From: Mobula hypostoma
Lineage: Eukaryota
Length of the DNA stretch: 64,000 bases
Assembly (NCBI RefSeq): GCF_963921235.1
Contig: NC_086107.1
Location: 106,766,001-106,830,000 of the forward strand
Direction of reading: 5' to 3'
Shown one piece after another: positions 26,020 to 37,800 of the stretch (positions are counted from its first letter, which is position 1; each line of letters starts with the position of its first letter). The notes below the pieces were generated by a model that saw only the letters and a list, made by a program, of their open reading frames with translations, was not told where the DNA came from and searched no databases. The position numbers and the translations under genes were made by a program.

Positions 26020-28410
26020 GAATTAGGCCATTTGGCCCATCGAGTCACCATGTGGAGCAGACTCTACATCATCACTGATCCAATTTCCCTCTCAGCCCCA
26101 GTCTCCTGCCTTCCCCCTGTATCCGTCCATGCCCTGACCAATCAAGAAGCTATCAACCTGTGCCTTAAATATATATCAAGACTTGGCCTTCACAGCCACC
26201 GTGGCAACGAATTTCAGATTCACCACTCTCTGGCTAAAAGATCCGTTCTAAAAGGCCGACTGTCTATTCTGAGATGGTGTCCTCCGGTCATAAGACTCTC
26301 CCACCATTGGGAACATCCTCTCCACATTCACTCTATCAAGGCCTTTCACCATTCAATTAGGTTTCAATGATGTCACTCCTCATTTTTCTGAAATTTAGTG
26401 AATACAGGCCCAGAGTCATCAAACGCTCTTCATTTGACAAGCTGTTCAATCCTAGAATCATTTTCGTGAACCTCCTTTGAACTCTCTCCAATGTCAGCAC
26501 ATCATTTCTAAGATAAGGGGCCTAAAACTGCTCACAATGCTTCAAGCGAGGCCTCACCAGTGTTTTGTAAAATTTCCACATTACATCCTTGCTTTTATAT
26601 TCTAGTCATCCTGAAATGAATGCTAACATTGCATTTCCCTTCTTCACTATAGAGTCAACCTGCAAATTAACCTTTAGGAAATCCTGCACAAGGACTCCCA
26701 AGTCCCTTTGTGCCTCAGTTTTTCGCATTTTCTTTTCATTTAGAAATAGTCAACCTTTTCATTTCTTCTACCAAAGTGCACGACCACACACTTCCCAACA
26801 CTATTTCATCTGCCATTTCACTGCCCATTCTCTTAATCTAAGTCCTTCTGTAGCCTCTCTACTTACTCAAAACTACCTGCCCCTCCACCTATCTTCATAT
26901 CGTCTTCAAACTTTACAACAAAGCCATCTATTCCATCATCCAAATCATTGACATATAACATAAAAAGAATCAGACCCCTCTGGAACACCATTAATCACTG
27001 GCAGCAAACCAGAAAAAAACTCCCTTTATTCCCACTCTTTGCCTCCTGCCAATCAGCCACTGCTTTATCCATGCTAGAGTCTTTCCTCTTATACAGTGGG
27101 CTTTTAGCTTGTTAAGCAGCCTCATGTGTGGCACCTTGTCAAAGGCCTTCTGAAAATCCAAGTACACACAACATCAACTGATTCTCCTTTGTCTACCCTG
27201 CTTGTTACTTCTCCAAAGAATTCCAATTGATTTGTCACGCAGGATTTTCCCTTGAACAAACCATGCTGACTATGGCCTATTTTATCATGTTCTTCCAAGT
27301 ACCAGGACCTCATCCTTGATAATTGACTCCAACATCTTCCCAACCGCTGAGGTCAGACTAACTGGCCTAGTTTCCTTTCTTCTGTCTCTCTCCCTTCTTG
27401 AAGAGTGGAGTGACATTTGCAATTTTCAGTCTTCTGGGACTATTCCAGAATCTAGTGATTCTTGAAAAATCATTAATGCCTCCATTTTCTCTTGAGCCAC
27501 CTCTATCAGAACCCTGGGGTGTACACCATCAGGTCCAGGTGACTAATCTACCTTCAGACCTTTCAGTTTCCCAAGAACCTTCTCTCGAATTATGGTAACT
27601 TCACACACTTCATGACCCCTGACACTTGGAACTTCCACCATATTACTAGTGCCTTCCACAGTGAAGACTGACGCTAAATACTTATTCAGTTCATCTGCCA
27701 TTTCGTTGTCCTCCATTTCTACCTCTCCAGCCTCGTTTTCCAGCAGTCTGATATCCACTCTTACCTCTCTTTAACACTTTATGTACCTGAAGAAACTTTA
27801 CCTTCTTAATGGCTTTTTAAAAAATTTCCGTCTGTTGGGTTTTTAAAAAGCTTCCCAATCCTTCAACTTTCCATTAATTTTTGCTCTATTATATACCCTC
27901 TCTTTGGTTTTTATGCTGGCTTTGATTTCTCCTGTTAGCCACAGTTGTGTCATCTTTTGTTCAGAATACCTTTCCCTTTTTGGGATGTATGTAACCCGTG
28001 CCTTCTGAATTGCTTCCAGAAATTCCAGCCATTGCTGCTCTGCCATCATCCCTGCCAGTGTTCTTTTCCAATCAATTCTGGCCAACTCATGCCTCTAATT
28101 CCCCTTACTCCACTGTAATAATGACACATCTGACGTTAGCTTCTCCTTCCCAGATTTCAGGGTAAATTTAATCATAGCATGATCACTTTCTCCCTAAGGG
28201 TTATTTTACCTTAAGCTCTCTAATCAATTCTGATTCATTGCACAACACCCAATCCCTTAGTGGGCGCAACCACAAGCTGTTCTAAAAAGCCATCTCTTAG
28301 GCACTCTAGAAGCTCTCGTCCTGGAATCCAGCACCAACCTGATTTTCCCAATCTACCTGCATATTGAAGTTCCCCATGACTATCGCAACATTGCCCTTTT
28401 GGCATGCCTT
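26020..28410 (-). mobile_element. Long decayed CR1 (HER1-like) LINE fragment: ORF2 including RT region and 3'UTR
   Basis: Broken frames ECLRDGFLEQLV, MADELNKYLASVFT, SQHG.FKGKSCVTNQLEFF, plus the CR1 3' end. Confidence 0.9.
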
Positions 28411-29213
28411 TATGGACCCCCATCACCCAGGACATGCCCTCTTCTCATTGCTACCATCAAGGAAGAGGTATAGGAGTCTGAAGACACACACTCAAAGTTT
28501 TAGGATCAGCTTCTTCTGCTTCGCCATCAGATTTCTGAATGGACAATGAACCCATGGACACTTCCTCAGTATTTTTCCTTCTATTTTTGCACTACTTAAG
28601 TTATGTTTTATATATACTTCTTACTGCGATTTACTGTTCTTATTATGTATTACAATGTACTGCTGCCACATGACATATGCCGGTGATATTAAACCTGACT
28701 CCGAATCATTTTACTTACTCCATCAAAACATTTTGTGCATCAGTAGTAAATCTACTGACCTTCTTTGCTCTTTGGACAGCAGTTTTATCCATTCTCTCCA
28801 CAGAGCTAAAACTATCATCCTTGAGCCATAAAGATAAAGATCTGCACCTTCTCTGTCATCCTCCCTACTGTGTGATAACTTTATATCTTCCATTTGTTCC
28901 TTTGACAAAGACAATGGAAGAAGAAATTCACTCTAAACTATAACCAACCAAGACTCAACTAACATTCACATCTCCTGATTGAATGACTGAATCTGAAGCA
29001 CAATAATTCAGATCCAGGAAACAATGTTAGAATTCCCTTTTTTATATAAATATATACTCAGTGGCTACTTTATTAGGTATACCTGCTCATAATGCAAATA
29101 TCTAATCAACCAATCATGTGGTAGCAACTCAATGCATAAAAGCATGTAGACATGGTCAAGAGGTTCAGTTGTTGTTCAGGCCAAACATCAGAATGGGGAA
29201 GAAATGTGAACTA

Positions 29214-29386
29214 CACAAACACGAGAAATTCTGCAGATGCTGGAATTTCAAGGAACACACATAAAAGTTGCTGGTGAATGCAGCAGGCCAGGCAGCATCT
29301 CTTGGAAGAGGTACAGTCGATGCTTTGGGCCCAAACCGTCGACTGTACCTCTTCCTAGAGATGCTGCCTGGCCTGCTGCGTTCACT
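29214..29386. mobile_element. Fold-back Penelope-like insertion, 14-bp TSD
   Basis: AGAAATGTGAACTA at 29200-29213 and 29387-29400; near-perfect palindrome 29274-29385. Confidence 0.85.
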
Positions 29387-29500
29387 AGAAATGTGAACTA
29401 AGTGACTTTGACTGTGGAATGATTGTTGGTGCCAGACAGGGTGGTTTGAGCATCTCAGAAACTGATATCCTGGGATCTTCATGCACAACAGTCTCTAGAG

Positions 29501-29580
29501 CAGGGGTTCCCAACTGGAGGTCCACGGACCCCTGGGTTAATGATAGGGGTCCATGGCATAAAAAAGGTTGGGAACCCCTA
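29501..29580. mobile_element. hAT (Charlie-like) MITE, 80 bp
   Basis: TIRs CAGGGGTTCCCAAC / GTTGGGAACCCCT; imperfect 8-bp TSD CTCTAGAG / CTCTAAGG. Confidence 0.75.
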
Positions 29581-32394
29581 CTCTAAGGTTTACAGAGAAT
29601 GGTGCAAAAAACAGAAATACATACAGTGAGTGTCAGTGCTGTAGGTGAAAACTGTTAATGAGAGAGGTCAGAGGAGAATGGCTAGACTGGTTCAAGCTGA
29701 CAGCAATTTAAATAACCATGCGTTACAACAGTGGTGTTCAGAAGAGCATCTCTGAAAGCACAGATGTCTAACCTTGAAGTGGATAGAAGCAGAAGACCAC
29801 GAACCTACACTCAGTGGCCACTTTATCTAATAAAGTGGCCACTGAGTATAAGTGGCTTTTAAACTCATTGCAAAAATAAAAGATTACGCATCACATTGCA
29901 TCAATCACAACCTACTTACAATTTATTCACTTGTAACACATTTATCCCTTTAATTTTGAAGGGAATATCAATATGTTTCCTCTACATATTCCTGGAATAT
30001 GGCCATATGATTTGCATTTCTGGAACTAAACCAATATTTAACTGGAATTCGACTTCCCATTTCTCCAATTCTCCTCAGAGCTCAGCCTGTACCGTGATCT
30101 CTGCTGTGAATGTGTTGCGCCCCTCCTCACCCGATACCCACTTCAAAGCTCCAAAGGTGCAAAGTTTCACTTATTATCAAAGTACGTATGCAGTATACAA
30201 CTCTGAGATTCATCTTCTCCAGATAGCCAAGAAACGAAAAAAAGCCATGGAGGTTGTTCATAGAGAAACATCGAAGCCCAATATCTCCCCCCCCCCGACA
30301 CACACACACACAAAAAAGAATGGCAACATGATTATCAATCTCCCCAAACTTCCCCACCCCCCCACACAAAATAGAACAAGAACATTGACCCCCCGCAACC
30401 ACACTGTCCCGCACAAAAAATCTATGAGAAAAAACAGGTAAAAATACAGAATATAAAAAACTTGGTAGAAGATTTGATCATAGGGTCATAAGTTCAGAAA
30501 CAAGCCCTTTGGTCTACACTAACCCTTAAAGATCCATTTACATGAATCTCATCTTATTGTCCTCCTATTCATAAGACACAGGGCAGAATTAGGCCATTTG
30601 ACTCACCAGGTCCCATTCAGTAATCCTACTCAAAGTTTGAAGTTCAAAGTACATTTATTATGAAAGTAGGTATACATTATACAACCTTGAGATACGTCTC
30701 CTTACAGGCAGCCACAAAACAAGAAACCTAAAAGAACCCATTAAAAAAGACCGACAAACTCCCAGTGTGCAGAGAGAAAAAGAAACAAAAGCAACATGGA
30801 TAAGACGTTGCCAACAGAGGGAGAGTCCAGGACCAGAGGGCAGAGTCGCAGAATAGAAAGACATACCTTTATAACAGAGATGAGAGGTATTTCTTTAGTC
30901 AAGGGGTGGTAAATATGTGGCACTCATTGCCACAGATGGCTATGGAAGTCAAGACATTGGACATATTTAAAATGATTATATACAGATGTAAGGGTGTCAA
31001 AGGTTACAGGGAGAAGGCAGGAGAATGGTGTTGAGAGGGAGAATAAATCAGATATGGTCAAACAGCACAGTATACAAGACAAGCTTTTCACTGTATCTTG
31101 GTATATAAAAAACCAATACCCATGCTTCCAAGACAAGGACATGAAATTATGTCCAAATCACTATAGCAGCTCCCCATTAAAATGACTCATCTCCCCACTC
31201 AACATACACACTCTATTTACTTTCTGCCACAGGTCAGAGTGCGTGCCTACTAACCCATATCCTGCACTGCTGACCAGAGATCTGTCTCGCTGACCACATC
31301 ACATCCCCAGCCACGCACTGGGCTCCTCCTTCATGAGGAAGAAGGAACTCCTCTCAATCCAAGGAATGATTAGAACGCGAGTCTGATGAATGTAGTTTAG
31401 CGAGCCCTGGGGACTAGGGATTTTCTCAAAGGCAATAATGTTTTCATTTAGTTGGGGAGGTACTTATTTTGGGAATTCTTTCCTCAGTTCAGCTGCTACA
31501 TCAAACATTACAACACAGTACAGGCCCTGCAGCCCACGATGTGGGTGCCGACCTTTTAACCTATCCTAAGATCAATCTAACCATTCTCTCCTACATAGCC
31601 CTCCATTTTTCTATCATCCACATGCCTATCTAAGAAATTCTTAAATGCCCCCAATGTATTTGCTTCTACTACCACTCTTGGCATGGCGGCCCACAGACCC
31701 ACCACTCTCTGTGTAAAGAACTTAACTCTGTCATCCCCCCATACATTCCTCCAATCACCTTATAATTATGGTCCCTTGTCCTTTCCATCCTGGGAAGATG
31801 TCTTTGGCTGTTCACTCGGTCTATCATTTTGTTCACCCCTATCAAGTCATCTCCTATCCTCCAAGAAATACTGTGATTTGTACAAATGTGCGAATTAGGG
31901 TCAGGAATAGGCCATTTAATCTCCTTGAGCCAATTCCACCATCCAGTAAGATCATGATCCATTCGTAGCATCAATTCCATATTTTCATGTTTTATTTTTA
32001 TAACTCCGCTTTAAAAAAAATCCAAGGTGAGACACACACACTGATGTTTCAGTTCGCTGTTGCACAGGGTTTACGCATCTCTGCACTGAACTGAGGCTGT
32101 GGTCTGCAACTAATCAGCTGTGGACTCACTTTCGTGAACTTGAGTTCTGAATGCTATTTGCTTATTGTTATAGTTTGGACAATTTGTTTTTTTTTAAAAC
32201 AGCACATTGGGTGTTTGACAGCCTTCTTGTGCTTTAATGGGTTCTATTGGGTTTCTTTGTTTAAGGAGATGAATCTTGAGGTGGTATATGAAGCATACAC
32301 ACTTTGATAATAAGTGCAATTTGAACTTTGAACTTTTAATGGAAGTTTAAAAACAAAATCCAACAATATGTATTTGGATATTGGACACTTAAAG

Positions 32395-32668
32395 GAGCGT
32401 AGCGGTTAGCGAGGCACTATCACAGCACGTGGCATCGGGATTCAGAGTTCAGTTCCGACGTCCTCTGTAAGGAGTTTGTACTTTCTCCCCGTGGAATGCG
32501 TGGGTTTTCCCCGGGTGCTCTGGTATCCTCCCGCAGTCCAAAGACACACTGGGTAGGCTAACTGATCATCGTAAAACAAAAACAAATAAATTGTCCCGTG
32601 ATTAGGCTCAGGTTAAATCAGGGATCGCTGGGCATCCCACCTATCCCGCGCTGTATCTCAATAAAATA
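32395..32668 (+). mobile_element. V-domain tRNA SINE
   Basis: AGCGTAGCGGTTAGC head, V-core, GCTGTATCTCAATAAA tail. Confidence 0.8.
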
Positions 32669-33670
32669 ATTTCTTGCCTGCTCAATTTCAGTTCTAAAAA
32701 AAATGAATGTATTTTTGTTAACTGCTGGCAAACCTCCATCATGGGCTATAATAAATATCAATGACCAAAATTAACTCATTTAGGGTTCAGTCCCCTTCCC
32801 ACATGCTGGAGGTATCAAATACTACCAATATTCCAGAGATCCCACAGGATTCTAAATAACAGAGGGGATGATTGAAAACAAAAACACCCACTGAACTCAA
32901 TTATATTTTATAATCTTTTTGTAATCCTGCTCAAACTCCCAGGTCTTCTTCCGCCGGTCAAACAATCTCCCTCAAAAGATAACTGGCACGTCAGCTTTTT
33001 TGAACAATGTTCCTAAAGTGTGGAATTCAATACCTTGATACAGACTCATTTGACACTTTTAAACACCAGCTCAAAACCTATTTATTTAACCTTGCTTTTA
33101 AGTTGCAAATTTCTACAGATGTGCCGCGGAGAGAATTTTCTAACTGACTGCATCCACCGTCTGGTATGGGGCGGGGCGACTGCACAGCGGAGGGATGTAG
33201 AGTTAGTCAGCTCCATCATGGGAACTCGCCTCCGTAGTATCCAAGACACCTTCAAGGAGCGATGCCTCAAAAAGGCAGCGTCTGACATTAAGGACCCCCA
33301 TCACCCAGAACATGCCCTCTGCTCACTGTTACCATCAGGGAGGAGGTACAGAAGCCAGGCACACACTCAGCGATTCAGGAACAGATTCTTCCCCTCTGCC
33401 ACCCAATTTCTAAATGGACATTGAACCCATGAACACTACCTCACTACTTTTTTATTCCTACTTATTTAATTTAATTATTTATTTATTATATATATACTTA
33501 CTATATTATCATGTATTGCATCGTACTGCTGCTGCAAAGTTAACAAATTTCACGACACTAAGGACCCCACCCATCCATCCAGCATCCTTTTTGACTTTCC
33601 ACCATCAGGAAGGAGATTCCGATGCATTAAGACAAGAACGGTCAGGATGAGGAAGTTTCTTCCCTCAGGC

Positions 33671-33871
33671 AACACTCACAACACGCTGGAGGAACTTGGC
33701 AGGTCAGGCAGCATCGGTGGAAAAGATCGGTCGACGTTTCGGGCCGGAACCCTTTGTCTGGCCCGAAACGTCGACCGATCTTTTCCACGGATGTGGCCCG
33801 ACCTGCCGAGTTCCTCCAGCGTGTTGTGAGTGTTGCTTTGACCCCAGCATCTGCAGATTATTTTGTGTTTA
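33671..33871. mobile_element. Fold-back Penelope-like insertion, 15-bp TSD
   Basis: TTTCTTCCCTCAGGC at 33656-33670 and 33872-33886; inverted arms 33669-33745 / 33760-33836. Confidence 0.85.
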
Positions 33872-35689
33872 TTTCTTCCCTCAGGCCACTGGGCTTCTGA
33901 CATCCCTGCCGCATCGTACTCGAAGTGGCGCTGGTTATTCTGTTCTGCACCTTACAATATTTAATTTAGGCACACAATTTGCTGGAGGAAGTCAGCAGGC
34001 CAGGAAGCATCTATGGAAAAGAGTCAACAGCTGACGTTTCGGGCCAAGACCCTTCATCAGGACTAATATTTACTTTATGCACCTTAGCTTGTTATTTATG
34101 TGTGACTCATCTGTAGATTTTATCCTTACTTTCATAAGTTATCCTGTATAATGTGAGTTATGTGTACTACCGTGCTTCACACCCTGGTGAGGAGAAACAT
34201 TTCGTTTCTAAATACATTATATAGCTATTTACATTATATGGTTATATATGTTACATATATTATATGGCTATAAATGTTATATACATGTATCTAGCTAAAT
34301 GACAATAAACTTGACTTGACACATACCGGTGATATTAAACCTGATTCTGACTAACGTTTTTTCATCTTTTATTTTCATGTTTGCACTATAAGAGAACTTT
34401 GAATTATAGTAGTGTGTACCATGGACAGCATTCTGACTGGCTGCATCACCATCTGGTATGGTGTTGGGGGGGGTGGGTATTGCACAGGATTAAAATCAGT
34501 TGCTGACAGCTCTACCCCGGGGCACCACCCCTCCCTAGTATCCAAGACATCTTCGTGAAGCTGTGCCTTAGCAAGGATTTAAGGACACCATTAAGGACCC
34601 CCACCACCTAGGACAAGCCCTCTTCACGTTGCTACGGTCTGGGAGGAGGTACAGAAGCCTGAAGGCACACACTCAGCGATTCAGGAACAGCTTCGTCCCC
34701 TCTGCCATCCAATTTCTAAATGGACATTGACCCCATTACTACCTACCTCACTACTTTTTAATTTCTGTTTTTGCTCTACCTATTTTAATTTAACTAATAG
34801 ATATATATTTACTGTAACTCAGTTTTTTCCCCCTCCATATTTATTTATCATGTATTTCAGAGTACTGCTGCCGTAAAGTTAACAAATTTCACGACATATG
34901 CTGGTGATTCAGTATGAAGGGTTCTCTATAAATAAGTTATTATTAATGTAGTCCAGATCAGCAAGGCAAGGCCAACCAACCTGAGATACTTGCAATCCAG
35001 CAGATTCCAACTGGTGTAACATGCATTAGCACACATGGGGAAAGGCACGAGGCACGTATTGGTTCTTAATGAACACACATCGGATTATCAGGGTGCTTTG
35101 AACAACTCTTATGTCACACTAGCACCTTATCTTGCTTCAGTGAGGGGTGATTTTGCTCATCCTCTCACTATCTCGCCATGCCCGGACTCACGCGCAATCA
35201 GCCTGAACCAGCTCCCGTATCGCTGCGGCTTCCCCGCTCTGGGCCACCTGAGTTATGGTGGCTGCTCTTCCCGAACTTCTCCCCCCTACAAGTCAAGCTC
35301 AATTAACTCTGCTCCGTGAGGCCGTGTTTAACCACTTCTCCCTGCATTGTTTAACCCTCTCCCCTGGCTCTTGGTCTACATTAACCTCCACTCCTCAATT
35401 GGCATTCCAGTCCGGATCAGCCCGCTTTTCACTTTCTTACCCCGCCATCACCACCCTCCTCTTCCAGCCACGTCAACCCAACAACTCTCAACCCCAATCC
35501 TGGCCTACATCGAAACTTCTCCCTCAGCCACTGTTAAACACACTCCACACTGTGTGAAACCACTGTTAAACACACTCCATACTGCCTTAAACCACTCTGC
35601 TCTCCAGGCCTACATTAACCCACTCTTCACCCTAATGTGATAAACCCAAGAGATCTAAAGCAGCATTAACCACCTCACCACCACAGTCT

Positions 35690-37330
35690 AACCAGCATTA
35701 ACCCCCACCCCCGTCTCCCACAATGCAACTGGCATTAACCCACTTCATCTCCCGCAGTCTGGCCAGCATTAACCCCACATCTCCCGCAGTCTGGCCCGCA
35801 TTAACCCCACATCTCCCGCAGTCTGGCCGTTAACCCCACATCTCCCGCAGTCTGGCCGGCGTTAGCCCCACATCTCCCACAGTCTGGCCGTTGTTAACCC
35901 CACATCTCCCGCAGTCTAGCTGGTGTTAACACCCCCTCCCCCGCAGTCTGGCCGTCGTTAACCCCACATCCCTGTAGTCTGGCCCGCATTAACCCCACAT
36001 CTCCCGCAGTCTGGCCGTTAACCCCACATCTCCCACAGTCTGGCCGGCATTAACACCCCCCTCCCCCGCAGTCGGTCGGCATTAACACCCCCCTCCCCTG
36101 CAGTCTGGTCGGCATTAACACCCCCTCCCTCGCAGTCTGGCCGGCGTTAACCCCACATCTCCCACAGTCTGGCTGGCGTTAACACCTCCTCCCCCCCAGT
36201 CTGGCCGTCGTTCACCCCCTCCCCCGCAGTCTGGCCGTCGTTCACCCCACATCTCCTTCAGTCTGGCCCACGTTAACCCCATATCTCCCGCAGTCTGGCC
36301 CGCGTTTAACCGCACATCTCCAGCAGTCTGGCCCGCGTTAACCCCACATCTCCCGCAGTCTGGCCTGCGTTAATATTCCCCTCTCCCGCAGTCTAGCCGG
36401 CGTTAACACCCTCTCCCTCGCAGTCTGGCCAGCATTAACACCCCCTCCCCTGCAGTCTGGCCGGCGTTAACCCCACATCTCCCGCAGTCTGGCCGGCGTT
36501 AACACCCCTTCCCCCGCAGTCTGGACGTCGTTCACCCCCTCCCCTGCAGTCTGGCCGTTAACCCCACATCTCCCACAGTCTGGCCCGCGTTAACCCCAAA
36601 TCTCCTGCAGTCTGGCTGGGGTTAACACCCCCTCCCCCGCAGTCTGGCCGGGGTTAACACCCCCTCCCCCGCAGTCTGGCCAGGGTTAACACCCCCTCCC
36701 CGCAGTCTGGCCAGGGTTAACCCCACATCTCCCGCAGTCTGGCTGGCGTTAACCCCACATCTCCCGCAGTCTGGCCGGCATTAACCCCACATCCCCCGCA
36801 GTCTGGCCGGCATTAACCCCACATCCCCCGCAGTCTGGCTGGCATTAACCCCACATTTCCCGCAGTTTGGCAGGCACTAACCCCATATCACCTGCACTCT
36901 GACCCGCATTAACCCCACATCAACCGCACTCTGACCGGCATTAACCCCACATTACCTGCACTCTGACCAGCGTTAACCCCACATCTCCTGTAGTCAACCA
37001 GCGTTAACCCCACATCTCCCACAGACTAAATGCTGTTAACACCCCTGTCCCACAACCTAACCAGCCTTAACCCTCCCTCCCCACAGTCTAACCAGCATTA
37101 ACACCTCCTCTCCCACAGTCTAGCTGGCATTAACCCCCCCCCCACAGTCTAACCAGGGTTAACTTCCCCCATAGTCTAGTCAGTATTAAATGCCCCTCCC
37201 ACAGTCACACTGACAATTCTAATTATCATTAACCCCCCCGTCTCACAACCTAACCAGTACAAACCTATGTTCACAAGCCTCACCAGCATTAACCCCTTCT
37301 CCTACAAGAAGTCTAATTTAACCCCTTGCC
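35690..37330. repeat. Minisatellite, 29-33 bp unit (CAGTCTGGCCGGCGTTAACCCCACATCTCCCG and variants), homogeneous core ~35745-36860 with degenerate flanks
   Basis: Tandem units read directly, e.g. starts at 35787, 35819, 35848. Two main variants: TTAACCCCACATCT and TTAACACCCCCTCC. Confidence 0.95.
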
Positions 37331-37475
37331 ACTGTCTGGTTTAACTCACACATCTCAGGCTAATTTAAATCCCCATCACCCACCCTCCTTAACGGATTTA
37401 ATCCAACCTTCCCCTTCTGCCCACCTTCACTGAACCTCCTCCCCACCCTTGCCGGCAGCTTGAACCCCCACTCAC

Positions 37476-37577
37476 CCAGCTGACAGCCCGGAGTATGGTC
37501 TGAGGCTGCCTGAGGAATGTGACGGGGTCAAAGGCGCCCCCAGCCTTGCCAGCTCCATAGGCTGCTCCGGTCTCCAT
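37476..37577 (-). CDS. SYNGR1: Synaptogyrin coding exon 1 (34 codons, METGAAYGAGKAGGAFDPVTFLRQPQTILRAVSW), most similar to synaptogyrin-1; downstream exons not found in window
   Basis: Translation matches the synaptogyrin-1 N-terminus as I recall it (YGAGKAGGAFDP...RQP.TILR.VSW). ATG is in a good Kozak context (AAGATGG). A perfect phase-0 donor TGG|GTGAGT lies at 37475. Paralogue assignment (SYNGR1 vs SYNGR2/3) is by eye. Confidence 0.88.
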
Positions 37578-37800
37578 CTTTCTCCAGCCTCTGCCTTCTC
37601 CCAGCGCTGGAGCGACGGGAACGCGCCCGGCGCCGGCGGGAGCGCGCACTCCCAGGCACGGAAGCCGCCTGGACCAAGCCGGAGTGCACGAGCGGAGAGG
37701 GAGGGGGGTGGGGGAGAAAAGGCGATTCGCGAGCGGAATTCGAAAGACCATGTCAATGCAGGAGCACGAAATAAAGGCTAACAACCTTACCTTGCGATCG
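37480..37800 (-). promoter_or_regulatory. CpG-rich promoter / 5'UTR region of the synaptogyrin gene
   Basis: Dense unique-sequence CpG cluster (cgcgcccggcgccggcgggagcgcgc, gcgattcgcgagcgg) over and upstream of the ATG. TSS cannot be determined. Confidence 0.7.

Larger units (their letters stand above)
29055..29848 (+). mobile_element. Non-autonomous Tc1-like element with TIRs, hosting two younger insertions
   Basis: TA-flanked TIRs ACTCAGTGGC(T/C)ACTTTATTAG ... CTAATAAAGTGGCCACTGAGT; homologous to 52861-53410 and 55280-55690. Confidence 0.8.

Noticed and set aside
35690..37330. CRISPR array or interstitial telomere
   Set aside because: No spacers; TAACCC is part of a 29-33 bp unit, not (TTAGGG)n.
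37398..37784. 128-aa ORF as a complete protein
   Set aside because: Only 37577-37476 matches synaptogyrin. The rest is 5'UTR and read-through past a consensus splice donor.
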